Source: Candidatus Pacearchaeota archaeon
GTDB lineage: Archaea; Nanobdellota; Nanobdellia; Pacearchaeales; UBA284
Direction: 5' to 3'
Length of the DNA stretch: 32,000 nt
NCBI GenBank assembly: GCA_026016245.1
Contig: CP061211.1
Location: 30,001 to 62,000 of the forward strand
Both the position numbers and the translations under genes were made by a program. The notes beneath the pieces are model-generated. The model saw only the letters and a program-made list of their open reading frames with translations. It ran no database searches and had not been told where the DNA came from. Below, piece after piece: positions 7,502 through 16,093 of this stretch; the stretch's first letter is position 1; every line of letters starts with the position of its first letter.

Positions 7502-10500
7502 ATGCCAAACAGGAAAAACAAAGGTGATATGGCAATAGCATTATTCCTTTCATTTTTGGCAGTAATGATGCCAGTGACCTTTACATCATTACAACCAGAA
7601 TTTACAGAAGAAGGAATAAAACAAAATTCTATCATTGAAACTTTCTCAGAAATAGTCTTATTTTTTGATCTAATTCCAAGTGTAGCTGCTTCTGATTATT
7701 TTGGATGCTGTGAAGAAACAAAAAATAAAGCTAAATGTGTTATAACTCTTGAGAATGAATGTAAGGTTAATAAATGGCATAATGGAACAGCTTGTGATAC
7801 TGTATGCCAGATAGGTTGTTGTATAGATAATGAAGGAATGTGTATTAAAAATTCTATAAATACAGATTGTCAACTTGGAACTTTTATTGTTAAGGATCCA
7901 AGTTGTGAACAGAGTCCTTTATGCAAGGAAGGTTGTTGTACAATTGGTTATCAAAAAAGATGGACAACAAATTTAACTTGTGTTAATGTTTATAATGGTG
8001 TTTGGGATAGTGCTGTTCCTGATTGGTTGACTTGTATTAAACAAGCTTATGAAGAACAGCATGGATGTTGTAAAAGTTATGCTGGTTGTGAGTATATTAC
8101 AGGACAAGAATGCCAGGGCAAATCAGGATATTTTTTCTCAAATATGAAGTGCTATGAGAATATTCCTGGCTGCGAGATTTGTCAATTACAGCCTACTGAA
8201 GGAAAATGTATAGAAGGTTTTCCTGATTTATACAAGACAGATAGTTGTGGGAATGTTTATAGTGATGAAATTAAAAAATATTGTACTGGTGGTTTTTGTA
8301 ATCCTGAGACAAATCAATGTGAATCTGGAGATTGTTTTAATATCTACAAAAATTATGTTGGTGGAGAATTTGGGCCTAAAGAATCTTCAGACAAAGCAAA
8401 AAGTGGTGAGGCTTGGTGTGTTTATGATACTCTTAGTGACTTAGGTAATGGAACAGCACCTGTAGGTTCACGACACTGGAGACGTTATTGTTTATATGGG
8501 CAAGAATATAATGAGCCTTGTGCAGATTACAGACAAGAAGTTTGTATGGGTTTTGGAGAAGGAGGGCAAGCAGAATATGCCAACTGTGCTCCAAATGGAT
8601 GGAGACTATGTGCTAATGTTACATCAAAAAATGAATGTAATGAGAATCCTTTCTGTTTCTGGTGGACAGATTTTGGTGAACAACATGAAGACCTAGGTCT
8701 TGGTAGCGGATTGAAAGATGCAATTGATAAAGTAGGTAATGATAAATGGCGTATTTTTGCTGAAGAAAAAATAGAATCTGGAAAAAGTAAAAGAGAGAAA
8801 GGAGACCCACAAATTTGTTTACCTAAAATACCTCCAGGCTATAGTGAACTTAATCAAGAGCTTGGTTGTGTTGGAGCTGGAAGTTCTATGTGTGTTTATG
8901 AAGAAGCTTGGTGGGGTTTAGATACAGAAAATAAAGAATGTCGTGATGATGAATGGCGTATTACATCTGCACACACATGTAGAAGTGTAGGAGATTGTGG
9001 AACTTGGTTTAATTGGGTTGGAGAGCCTATGTCTGGTTTTAGGATCATAGAAGTTGAAGAAGGAGATGTAGAAAGAGAGAAAAAAGAAATAATGATACCA
9101 CAAGCATATACTGATTTTGTTTCAGAACATATTAAAGGAGTAAAGGGAGCTGGTGGCTTAGGCCTCTTGAATATTTTTGCAGCTGCTTTTGTAGTTTGGG
9201 CTGGAGGTTATTTAGGAGTTGCAGTTTTAGATCTAGTTGGTGTAGACGTTTTTTTCAGTGGTGTACCTTGGGCAATGTTTAGTGTCAGTAAAGGATCATT
9301 AACTACAGCAGGTATAGTGGTTGGATGGTCTATTATAGCTACTGGAGTGATCTTAATTTTATGGTCTTTTTGGATTTCACCAGGAGCAAAACAAGGAGCA
9401 ATGCAATCAATTGGTGCTGGCCTTATTTCAGGAGGTGCTGCTGCTTTAGCAGGATTAACTGCTGTTCCTGCTGTACTTGTTGGCATTGTAATTGCTGGAA
9501 TTGCTGCTCTTTTATACTGGTTAGGTTATAGTAAGGAATTTTATTATCAACAATGTAATCCTTCAATGCCTCCTCTTAATGGAAATGACTGTCATCTTTG
9601 TAATGAAGATTCTGAAAGGCCTTGTTCTAAGTATAGATGTGAGAGTCTAGGAGCTGCCTGTTCATATAATGATACTATAACTGTTGGTGGTAAAACATAC
9701 CAGCTTGCAGATTCTGAATGTATAGCAACAATAAATGATGGTGCTCCTCCTTGGATTACTGAAATAGAGGCTTTTGACATGGAAGGAAGGAGTATCTTCA
9801 AAAGAACAGGATTAGGAACAATGCCTACAACCATCAATATTAATATGGGCGGCCAACCTATTCCTGATGGCACGCAACTTGTAATACAAATAAACTTGAA
9901 TGAAAAAGCATTTTGTATGTGGGATATTGAAAGCACAGCCAACATTGGAGAGATGGACTTCCCTTATCAAAGTTCTGTATTGCGGGATGAGCTAAGACAG
10001 CAATTCCTAGTGAAACAGGCTCTGCCACAATATTATGTAAGATGTGCTGATGTTTATGGCAATGCGAACATTGCAGAATACATTTTCAAATTTTCAACTA
10101 CAACAGGACCAGATTTAACACCACCAGTTATTTTAGGTACAGATAGAGATTATAATCCTTATTTTGGATATAGTGTTACTGAGCTTCCTTTATCTATTTA
10201 TATTAGTGAAGATGCTTTTTGTCGTTGGAACCCAGGACAGGACACTGATTATGAATTAATGTCACAAGAAACAGAATGTGAAACAGATATCACACCGACT
10301 GGATGGGAATGTGAAACAACCCTCACTGGCTTGCAGCCAGATATTGCAAATCCTTTCTATATAAGATGTAAAGACAAAAGTCCTCAAGAAAATGTTATGC
10401 CTAGCGGTTACCTTCTTACATTACTTCCTACACCGCCTTTATTAATCACTTCAATTGATCCAACAGATGGTTCTATAATTAAAGGATGCGAAGTTTCTGG

Positions 10501-11005
10501 TGTAGAACTTGAAGTTACAACTGCTGAAGGAGCAGATAATGGAATAGCTACTTGTTATTGGTCTAATGCTGATATTGGCATTGAACAAGGAATGACTAAA
10601 TTTACTGAAACTAATACTGTTATTCATAGACAGAACCTTTCTGCTATGAGCCAGATTGTTTACATCAAATGTCATGATTCTGCTTTAAATATAGCAAATA
10701 ATAGGACAAGCTTTACTGTAATTGTTGATACTTTCCCACCAAAAATAACTCGTCTTTACAAATCTGGTGGAAGTCTTATTTTAAAGACAGATGAGAATGC
10801 TGTTTGTGCATATCACTATAGTGCTGGCAGAAAAATACATAATTGTAATTTTGATCCTAAGGATACTCTCAGAGCAAGAAGGTTTGATACCACAGGAACT
10901 AAAGAACATAGAGTTTATGATGATGGAGAGCCTTGGCATGTAATATGTTATGATGAGTGTGATAATATTGGACAGTGTTTCGTAATATCTTCAATAGAAT
11001 CTTAA
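7502..11005 (+). CDS. Giant Cys-rich surface protein with internal TM bundle and C-terminal Ig-like Cys modules
   Basis: Track ORF opens at 7475, but ATG 7502 is directly preceded by RBS-like ggagggg and lies just after the stop of the upstream gene. N-term MPNRKNKGDMAIALFLSFLAVMMPVTF. Internal hydrophobic segments GLLNIFAAAFVVWAGGYLGVAVL...AIIATGVILILW...AGLISGGAAALAGLTAVPAVLVGIVIAGIAALLYWLGY. Motif CHLCNEDSERPCSKYRCESLGAAC. Confidence 0.85.
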   Translation: MPNRKNKGDMAIALFLSFLAVMMPVTFTSLQPEFTEEGIKQNSIIETFSEIVLFFDLIPSVAASDYFGCCEETKNKAKCVITLENECKVNKWHNGTACDTVCQIGCCIDNEGMCIKNSINTDCQLGTFIVKDPSCEQSPLCKEGCCTIGYQKRWTTNLTCVNVYNGVWDSAVPDWLTCIKQAYEEQHGCCKSYAGCEYITGQECQGKSGYFFSNMKCYENIPGCEICQLQPTEGKCIEGFPDLYKTDSCGNVYSDEIKKYCTGGFCNPETNQCESGDCFNIYKNYVGGEFGPKESSDKAKSGEAWCVYDTLSDLGNGTAPVGSRHWRRYCLYGQEYNEPCADYRQEVCMGFGEGGQAEYANCAPNGWRLCANVTSKNECNENPFCFWWTDFGEQHEDLGLGSGLKDAIDKVGNDKWRIFAEEKIESGKSKREKGDPQICLPKIPPGYSELNQELGCVGAGSSMCVYEEAWWGLDTENKECRDDEWRITSAHTCRSVGDCGTWFNWVGEPMSGFRIIEVEEGDVEREKKEIMIPQAYTDFVSEHIKGVKGAGGLGLLNIFAAAFVVWAGGYLGVAVLDLVGVDVFFSGVPWAMFSVSKGSLTTAGIVVGWSIIATGVILILWSFWISPGAKQGAMQSIGAGLISGGAAALAGLTAVPAVLVGIVIAGIAALLYWLGYSKEFYYQQCNPSMPPLNGNDCHLCNEDSERPCSKYRCESLGAACSYNDTITVGGKTYQLADSECIATINDGAPPWITEIEAFDMEGRSIFKRTGLGTMPTTININMGGQPIPDGTQLVIQINLNEKAFCMWDIESTANIGEMDFPYQSSVLRDELRQQFLVKQALPQYYVRCADVYGNANIAEYIFKFSTTTGPDLTPPVILGTDRDYNPYFGYSVTELPLSIYISEDAFCRWNPGQDTDYELMSQETECETDITPTGWECETTLTGLQPDIANPFYIRCKDKSPQENVMPSGYLLTLLPTPPLLITSIDPTDGSIIKGCEVSGVELEVTTAEGADNGIATCYWSNADIGIEQGMTKFTETNTVIHRQNLSAMSQIVYIKCHDSALNIANNRTSFTVIVDTFPPKITRLYKSGGSLILKTDENAVCAYHYSAGRKIHNCNFDPKDTLRARRFDTTGTKEHRVYDDGEPWHVICYDECDNIGQCFVISSIES

Positions 11006-11006
11006 A

Positions 11007-11825
11007 ATGAAAATGAAAAAAAGAAAAGCAGGAAAAAAGAAAAATATTTTTGATATTATTGGTATGAGTTTTAGAAAGTGGTGGTATAATTTTATTATTG
11101 TCTTGCCTTTTGTTTTTAATGCTGTTGCTTCTATTATTGGTATTCTTATTTTATTTTTAATCTTTGGTTTGCTTTTTATGGTAATTTTTGGTTTATCTCC
11201 TTTGGGTTTATTAGGAGATTTAGTTCTTTTAGGACAACTAGAAGGAGTAATTCCTGATTTTTCACCAGGAATTCTTATTTATCTTGCTCTTGTTTTCATT
11301 GTGATGATTTTAGTTCTTGAATTAATTAAGGCGTATTTCTATAGTGGTGGGATTGCCATGGCTTCTGAGATAGTTAGAGGAAAGAAAACAAGTTTAAGAG
11401 TTATGGATAAGAATGGATGGAAATTTTTATGGCGTTTTTGGATTATTGAGATTATTATTGCTCTTGGTGTTATTATCTGGTTATTTATTTTCGCACTGCC
11501 TTTTATTTTTACTCAAGACATATCCTTATTATCTATAATGGGTATAAGTGTCATACCTATGATGTTTGTTTATGTATTTTTCATTCTAGTTGAGTATTTT
11601 CTTGTTCTTGAAGATTTAAGTGTGTGGAAATCTTTTGAAAGAGGCATTTCTATAGTAAAAACTAATTATTGGGCAATGCTCGGTTTAGGTGTTTTATTTT
11701 TATTGATGACAGGTCTTGCTAGTTTTATTCCTTGGATTGGTGGTATCGCAAGTTTGATAATTTTTATTCCTTGCCAGACAATTGCTTTTGTTATTTTTGC
11801 TCTTAAGCGTGCATATCGACGGTAA
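11007..11825 (+). CDS. Polytopic membrane protein (unknown function)
   Basis: 272 aa, about 6 hydrophobic helices, Lys-rich N-term. Starts 1 nt after the preceding stop, so probably co-transcribed. Confidence 0.75.
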   Translation: MKMKKRKAGKKKNIFDIIGMSFRKWWYNFIIVLPFVFNAVASIIGILILFLIFGLLFMVIFGLSPLGLLGDLVLLGQLEGVIPDFSPGILIYLALVFIVMILVLELIKAYFYSGGIAMASEIVRGKKTSLRVMDKNGWKFLWRFWIIEIIIALGVIIWLFIFALPFIFTQDISLLSIMGISVIPMMFVYVFFILVEYFLVLEDLSVWKSFERGISIVKTNYWAMLGLGVLFLLMTGLASFIPWIGGIASLIIFIPCQTIAFVIFALKRAYRR

Positions 11826-11848
11826 ATAACAGATTTAGAACAATAAAG

Positions 11849-11856
11849 TTTATATA
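11849..11856 (+). promoter_or_regulatory. TATA box TTTATATA for GTPase-DUF2073-Zn ribbon operon
   Basis: Archaeal TATA-like octamer about 50 nt upstream of ATG 11901. SD-like aggagaag precedes the ATG. Confidence 0.5.
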
Positions 11857-11900
11857 TTCAAACCAGTTGTTCTTTATAATAAAAAAAGGAGAAGAAAGAT

Positions 11901-12542
11901 ATGCCAATAAAAATAATTAAGAATTTTTTCAAAAGAATATTTTATGGCATGTTTGCTACTAAGAAACATGTTAAATTAGGTTTTTATGGGCCTCCTAATA
12001 GTGGTAAGACTACTCTTGCTAACAGACTTTGTAAGGATTGGTTAGGAGAAGAGCTTGGAAAAACAAGCAGAGTTCCTCATGAGACAAGAGAAATACAGAT
12101 AAAGGAGAAAGTTGAGATAGATTTTAATGGAAAAAAGTTGACTTTTAAGCTAGTTGATACTCCTGGTATTGCCACAAGAATAGATTATGAGGATTTCTTG
12201 CATTATGGCATGAAGGTTAGAGAGGCTAAGAAAAGAGCTAAAGAAGCTACAAGAGGTGTTATCGAGGCTATAAAATGGTTAGATGACATGGATGCTGTCA
12301 TTATTGTTCTTGATACAACTAAAAATCCTTACACCCAGGTTAATATTACTATCATAGGAAATCTTGTTGCAAGGAAAATTCCTGTGCTTATAGTAGCTAA
12401 CAAGATAGATTTGAGAGGAGCAAGAGGAAAGATAAAAAAGATAGAGGCTGCATTCCCAGAATATGATGTTGTTGCTATAAGTGCAAAAAAAGGCAAAAAC
12501 ATGGAAGAGTTTTATGAGAATCTCTTTGCTCTTGTAAAATAA
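11901..12542 (+). CDS. Era-like small GTPase
   Basis: G1 GPPNSGKTT, G3 DTPG, G4 NKID, G5-like ISAKKG. Followed by DUF2073-like and Zn-ribbon genes, as in Euryarchaeota. Confidence 0.9.
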   Translation: MPIKIIKNFFKRIFYGMFATKKHVKLGFYGPPNSGKTTLANRLCKDWLGEELGKTSRVPHETREIQIKEKVEIDFNGKKLTFKLVDTPGIATRIDYEDFLHYGMKVREAKKRAKEATRGVIEAIKWLDDMDAVIIVLDTTKNPYTQVNITIIGNLVARKIPVLIVANKIDLRGARGKIKKIEAAFPEYDVVAISAKKGKNMEEFYENLFALVK

Positions 12543-12552
12543 GAAGAAAAAA

Positions 12553-12969
12553 ATGGCAAAGAAAAAAATAAAAACAAGGAGAAGCGATAAAGGGATAACA
12601 ATACAATTCATCCCATATTCAGAAATAGCTTATCTCACTAGCTTTAGACGTGTGAAGAAGTTAGTTGATTTAGCTGTCGAGAACAAGATTTTGCTTGTTC
12701 AGGGAAAGCTTGCTCCTGAAGAGGAAGTTGACTTGATTGAGGAAACAATGAAACATATAGTTAAGAGTAAAAAATCAAAGTTTAGAGGAATTGAGTTAGC
12801 TACATTCTCACCGAGATCAAAAGAATTACCTTTTTTTACTTCAATGAAAGAGAAACTTGCAACAAGTTTATTTGGTGATAGAGATGTTATCACAGTTATT
12901 GGTCCTGCTACAATTGTCCGTGAAATTAAAAAAGATCCCACTAAGATACAACTCCTTTTAAGGAAATAA
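12553..12969 (+). CDS. DUF2073-like protein
   Basis: 138 aa, TRRSDKGITIQFIPYSEIAYLTSFRRVKKLVDLAVENKILLVQGKLAPEEEVDLIEETM. Located between the Era-like GTPase and the Zn-ribbon gene. Confidence 0.7.
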   Translation: MAKKKIKTRRSDKGITIQFIPYSEIAYLTSFRRVKKLVDLAVENKILLVQGKLAPEEEVDLIEETMKHIVKSKKSKFRGIELATFSPRSKELPFFTSMKEKLATSLFGDRDVITVIGPATIVREIKKDPTKIQLLLRK

Positions 12970-12987
12970 TAAAAATAATAATTAAAA

Positions 12988-13419
12988 ATGCCTCATCAAT
13001 GTGTTCGCTGCGGAAGAATCTATGATAGTGCTGCTCCTGAAGTTCTAGAAGGCTGTTCTTGCGGTTCTCATTACTTTTTCTTCTTTAAGGATGAAGACTT
13101 GGCTATGCAAAAGGAAACTGAAAAGCTTACTAGAGATGAAAGAGAAGAGATTGTCAAGGATGTTAGTGAAATAGTCGGGCCAGATATAGAGAAGCCAATA
13201 ATCCTTGATTTAGAAAGTATCAGAGTACAGAAACCAGGAAAGTTTGAGATTGATTTGGTTAGAATCTTCAAGAGAAAACCTATTATATACAAGATAGAGG
13301 AAGGAAAGTATATCATAGATCTTGCATCAACTTTCCAGATGAAATTAAAGGAGAAAAAGATTGAAAAGTTAAAAAAGGTTGAAGTTCCAGAACCTAAAGA
13401 ATCTAAAGAAGAGGATTAA
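12988..13419 (+). CDS. Zn-ribbon protein linked to Era-like GTPase (DUF2072/OapC-ArvC-like)
   Basis: HQCVRCGRIYDSAAPEVLEGCSCGSHYFFFFK N-terminal Zn ribbon. Conserved three-gene context. Confidence 0.7.
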   Translation: MPHQCVRCGRIYDSAAPEVLEGCSCGSHYFFFFKDEDLAMQKETEKLTRDEREEIVKDVSEIVGPDIEKPIILDLESIRVQKPGKFEIDLVRIFKRKPIIYKIEEGKYIIDLASTFQMKLKEKKIEKLKKVEVPEPKESKEED

Positions 13420-14180
13420 CCCATATAACTTAGCTTTTTCTTTTCTTTCATTGTCTTTGCTTCTCCAAGTCTCATTAACAAACCCTTTAATTTTTCCTCA
13501 ACTTCTTTTGCCTTCTCTAGTAAAGGTTTGTAATCTATAGTCAAGCCAAGATACTTGTCAAGTGCCTGGATTAATTTTGCTGCTGCTTTGTTGTCTGGTA
13601 ATCCTGTATGAGTCTCAACAAAAAAACATGAGAATGAAACATCTTGAGCTTTCATTAGCAAAGCTCCTGTTACACCTATTATTATTCCTTCCTGTAATGG
13701 TTTTATTTTTGCTTCAATTAATGATTTTCTTTTTTCTTTCTTGTTGCTGTAGAAAAAAACATTAGCGTTTTTGATTTCTTCTGCTGATGCTACTCCTTCT
13801 AAACCAACAATTTCCTTTGCATTAATTTCTTTAGCTAGATCTATTATGGCGTCTGCTAAACGCCATTCTAAACCCTCAACTGGCGTTACTGCCTGCACAA
13901 TTATTATATTTGTCTTTTTATCATAGAATATCTCCAAAGGATAGATAACTTCATTCTTGTGAACAGCTGCTATTGGCATTAATTTATCACTAACTATCCT
14001 GCCTATAGGCTTTGCATTTAGATGCTTGATAATATATTCTGTTGCAATAGTTGAAACAAAACCAAAACCAGGAAATCCTTCAACAATGATAGATCTCTGA
14101 GGTTTTTCTTCTGTAAACTCTATTCTTATTGCCCTACTATCTTGTCTTCTAACTTCTTTTTCCTCTATTGGTTTTTCCAT
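13416..14180 (-). CDS. PAC2 family (proteasome assembly chaperone-like) protein
   Basis: VEGFPGFGFVSTIATEYIIKHLNAKPIGRI...PVEGLEWRLADAIIDLAKEINAKEIVGLEGVAS. The stop codon overlaps the stop of the convergent gene (TTAA). Confidence 0.85.
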   Translation of the reverse strand: MEKPIEEKEVRRQDSRAIRIEFTEEKPQRSIIVEGFPGFGFVSTIATEYIIKHLNAKPIGRIVSDKLMPIAAVHKNEVIYPLEIFYDKKTNIIIVQAVTPVEGLEWRLADAIIDLAKEINAKEIVGLEGVASAEEIKNANVFFYSNKKEKRKSLIEAKIKPLQEGIIIGVTGALLMKAQDVSFSCFFVETHTGLPDNKAAAKLIQALDKYLGLTIDYKPLLEKAKEVEEKLKGLLMRLGEAKTMKEKKKLSYMG

Positions 14181-14216
14181 CTTACCTCTTTTAATAGAAT
14201 GAAAATGGCAGTTACC

Positions 14217-14224
14217 TTTATAAA
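14217..14224. promoter_or_regulatory. Perfectly palindromic TATA box TTTATAAA between divergent genes
   Basis: About 25 nt 5' of argS ATG (14247) and about 40 nt 5' of the minus-strand PAC2 gene start. Confidence 0.6.
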
Positions 14225-14246
14225 CTTTTTCTACTTATTTTAGATT

Positions 14247-15959
14247 ATGAAAGTTTTTGAAGAGAAAATAAAAGGGGCAATAGCAAAAGTTACAAAACTA
14301 AAAAAGAAAGAGATAACTTTGAGAGAACCTTTTGGTACTGCTACTAAATTCGGGGATATTACCTTTCCTTGTTTTGATTTGGCAAAGAAAAAGAAAAAGA
14401 AAAAAAATCCTAAAGAAATAGCAAAAGAAATAGCCAACAAACTGAAAAAGAAACTACCTAATGAGATAGACAAGGTTGAGGCAGTTGGTGGATATATCAA
14501 TTTTTTTATTAGCAAAGATTCTTTTACAAAAAACACAATAGAAAAAATATTGAAAGAAAAAAATAAATATGGTTGTCTTGGACTAAAAGGCAAGGCATTA
14601 ATAGAGCATACAAGTATAAATCCTAATGCAAGCCCTCATGTCGGTAGAGTTAGAAATGCAATAATTGGGGACATTTTATCTAGATTATTAAAATTTCATG
14701 GTTATAAAACAGATATACATTATTATGTTAATGATGTGAGCAAGCAAATGGCCTTACTTATTCTTGGTTCTAAAGGGGATGAGAGTTTTGATGATCTTCT
14801 AAACTTATATGTGTTTATGTCAGATGAAATGAAGAAAAAACCTGAGATAGAAAAAAAGGTTTTTGAAATACTAAGGAAGGTTGAGGATAAGGATAAGGAA
14901 ATAATAGGAAAATTGAACAAGCTTGTAAGGACAGCTATTGAAGGACAGAGTGAAATTTTGAATAAGTTAGGAATTTTTTATGATTCTTTTGATTATGAAT
15001 CTGTTTATTTAGAAAAAGGAAAATTAAAGAAGATTTTAGAGCAGTTAAAGAAGACTAAAAGACTAAAGAAGGATGTTCAGGATAGATATATTCTTGATCA
15101 AAGTGATATGAAGTGGGAATTTGAAAAAGAAATGAAATCTCCAGTATTGGTTTTAACAAGAAGTAATGGTACAGGTCTTTATCCTTTACGTGATATTGCT
15201 TATACAATAGATAAATTGAAGAGTGCGCCTGTGAATATAATTGTTCTAGGAGAAGACCAGAAACTTTATTTCAAACAATTAAGCGCAACACTCGAGCTTT
15301 TAGGTTATAGAGCTCCTAGGGTTGTTCATTATTCTTTTATCTTGCTTAAAACAAAGAAAGGAGCTAAGAAAATGTCTACAAGAAGAGGGGAGGTTATCTT
15401 GTTGAGTGATTTTATCAAGGAAGCAATAAGAAAAGCAAGACAAGAAATTAAAAAAAGAGGCAGGGAAAAAAATGTTGACATAGATACAGTCTCTGAAGCT
15501 ATTGGTATTGGAGCTGTTCGTTATACAATAGCAAAAGTTGAGATGAATAAAGACATAACATTTAACTGGGAAGAAGCTTTGAATTTTGAAGGCAATACTT
15601 CTCCTTACCTACAATACACACATGCAAGGGCTTCTAGTATAATAAAAAAGTTGGGAAAAGAAAAACTAGCAAATCCCTTATTCAACAAAGTTCATGAAAA
15701 AGAGTATGCCTTGGCAAAAGAACTTGGAAAATTCCCAAAAATTGTGTCAGATGCTTTAGAAGGATTAAAACCACATTTGTTATGCAATTATACTTATACT
15801 CTAGCCCATACTTTCAATGATTTCTATGAAAACTGTCCAGTGATTCAAACAGAAGATAAAGAAATCAAGGCAAGAAGGGTGATGTTAGTTCAGACCACAA
15901 TTATTGTTCTTAAGATTGTGCTTAATTTATTAGGGTTACCTGCTCTTGAAGCGATGTAA
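14247..15959 (+). CDS. argS: Arginyl-tRNA synthetase
   Basis: INPNASPHVGRVRNAIIGDILSRLLKFHGY (class I HVGR/HIGH equivalent), MSTRRGEVILLSDF, C-term LNLLGLPALEAM typical of ArgRS. Confidence 0.95.
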   Translation: MKVFEEKIKGAIAKVTKLKKKEITLREPFGTATKFGDITFPCFDLAKKKKKKKNPKEIAKEIANKLKKKLPNEIDKVEAVGGYINFFISKDSFTKNTIEKILKEKNKYGCLGLKGKALIEHTSINPNASPHVGRVRNAIIGDILSRLLKFHGYKTDIHYYVNDVSKQMALLILGSKGDESFDDLLNLYVFMSDEMKKKPEIEKKVFEILRKVEDKDKEIIGKLNKLVRTAIEGQSEILNKLGIFYDSFDYESVYLEKGKLKKILEQLKKTKRLKKDVQDRYILDQSDMKWEFEKEMKSPVLVLTRSNGTGLYPLRDIAYTIDKLKSAPVNIIVLGEDQKLYFKQLSATLELLGYRAPRVVHYSFILLKTKKGAKKMSTRRGEVILLSDFIKEAIRKARQEIKKRGREKNVDIDTVSEAIGIGAVRYTIAKVEMNKDITFNWEEALNFEGNTSPYLQYTHARASSIIKKLGKEKLANPLFNKVHEKEYALAKELGKFPKIVSDALEGLKPHLLCNYTYTLAHTFNDFYENCPVIQTEDKEIKARRVMLVQTTIIVLKIVLNLLGLPALEAM

Positions 15960-16093
15960 GATTTTTTTCAATGTATTATCTTTAATTTATTTAATTCTTC
16001 TTTTTGGGATATATATCCTACAACATATTCTTTTAAATGCTTTAAAATTTAAAAAGATTTAATCTAAATTAAAGTAGGGGAGTGTTTAAAAAA

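Noticed and set aside
8918-9945. Minus-strand ORFs 8918..9103, 9208..9486, 9592..9945
   Set aside because: Antisense shadows of the giant surface protein; low-complexity content mirrors its coding strand.
16082-16093. Upstream GTG start for the HTH protein
   Set aside because: The ATG at 16094 has better spacing to the GGGGAG element; the difference is only 4 codons and remains uncertain.
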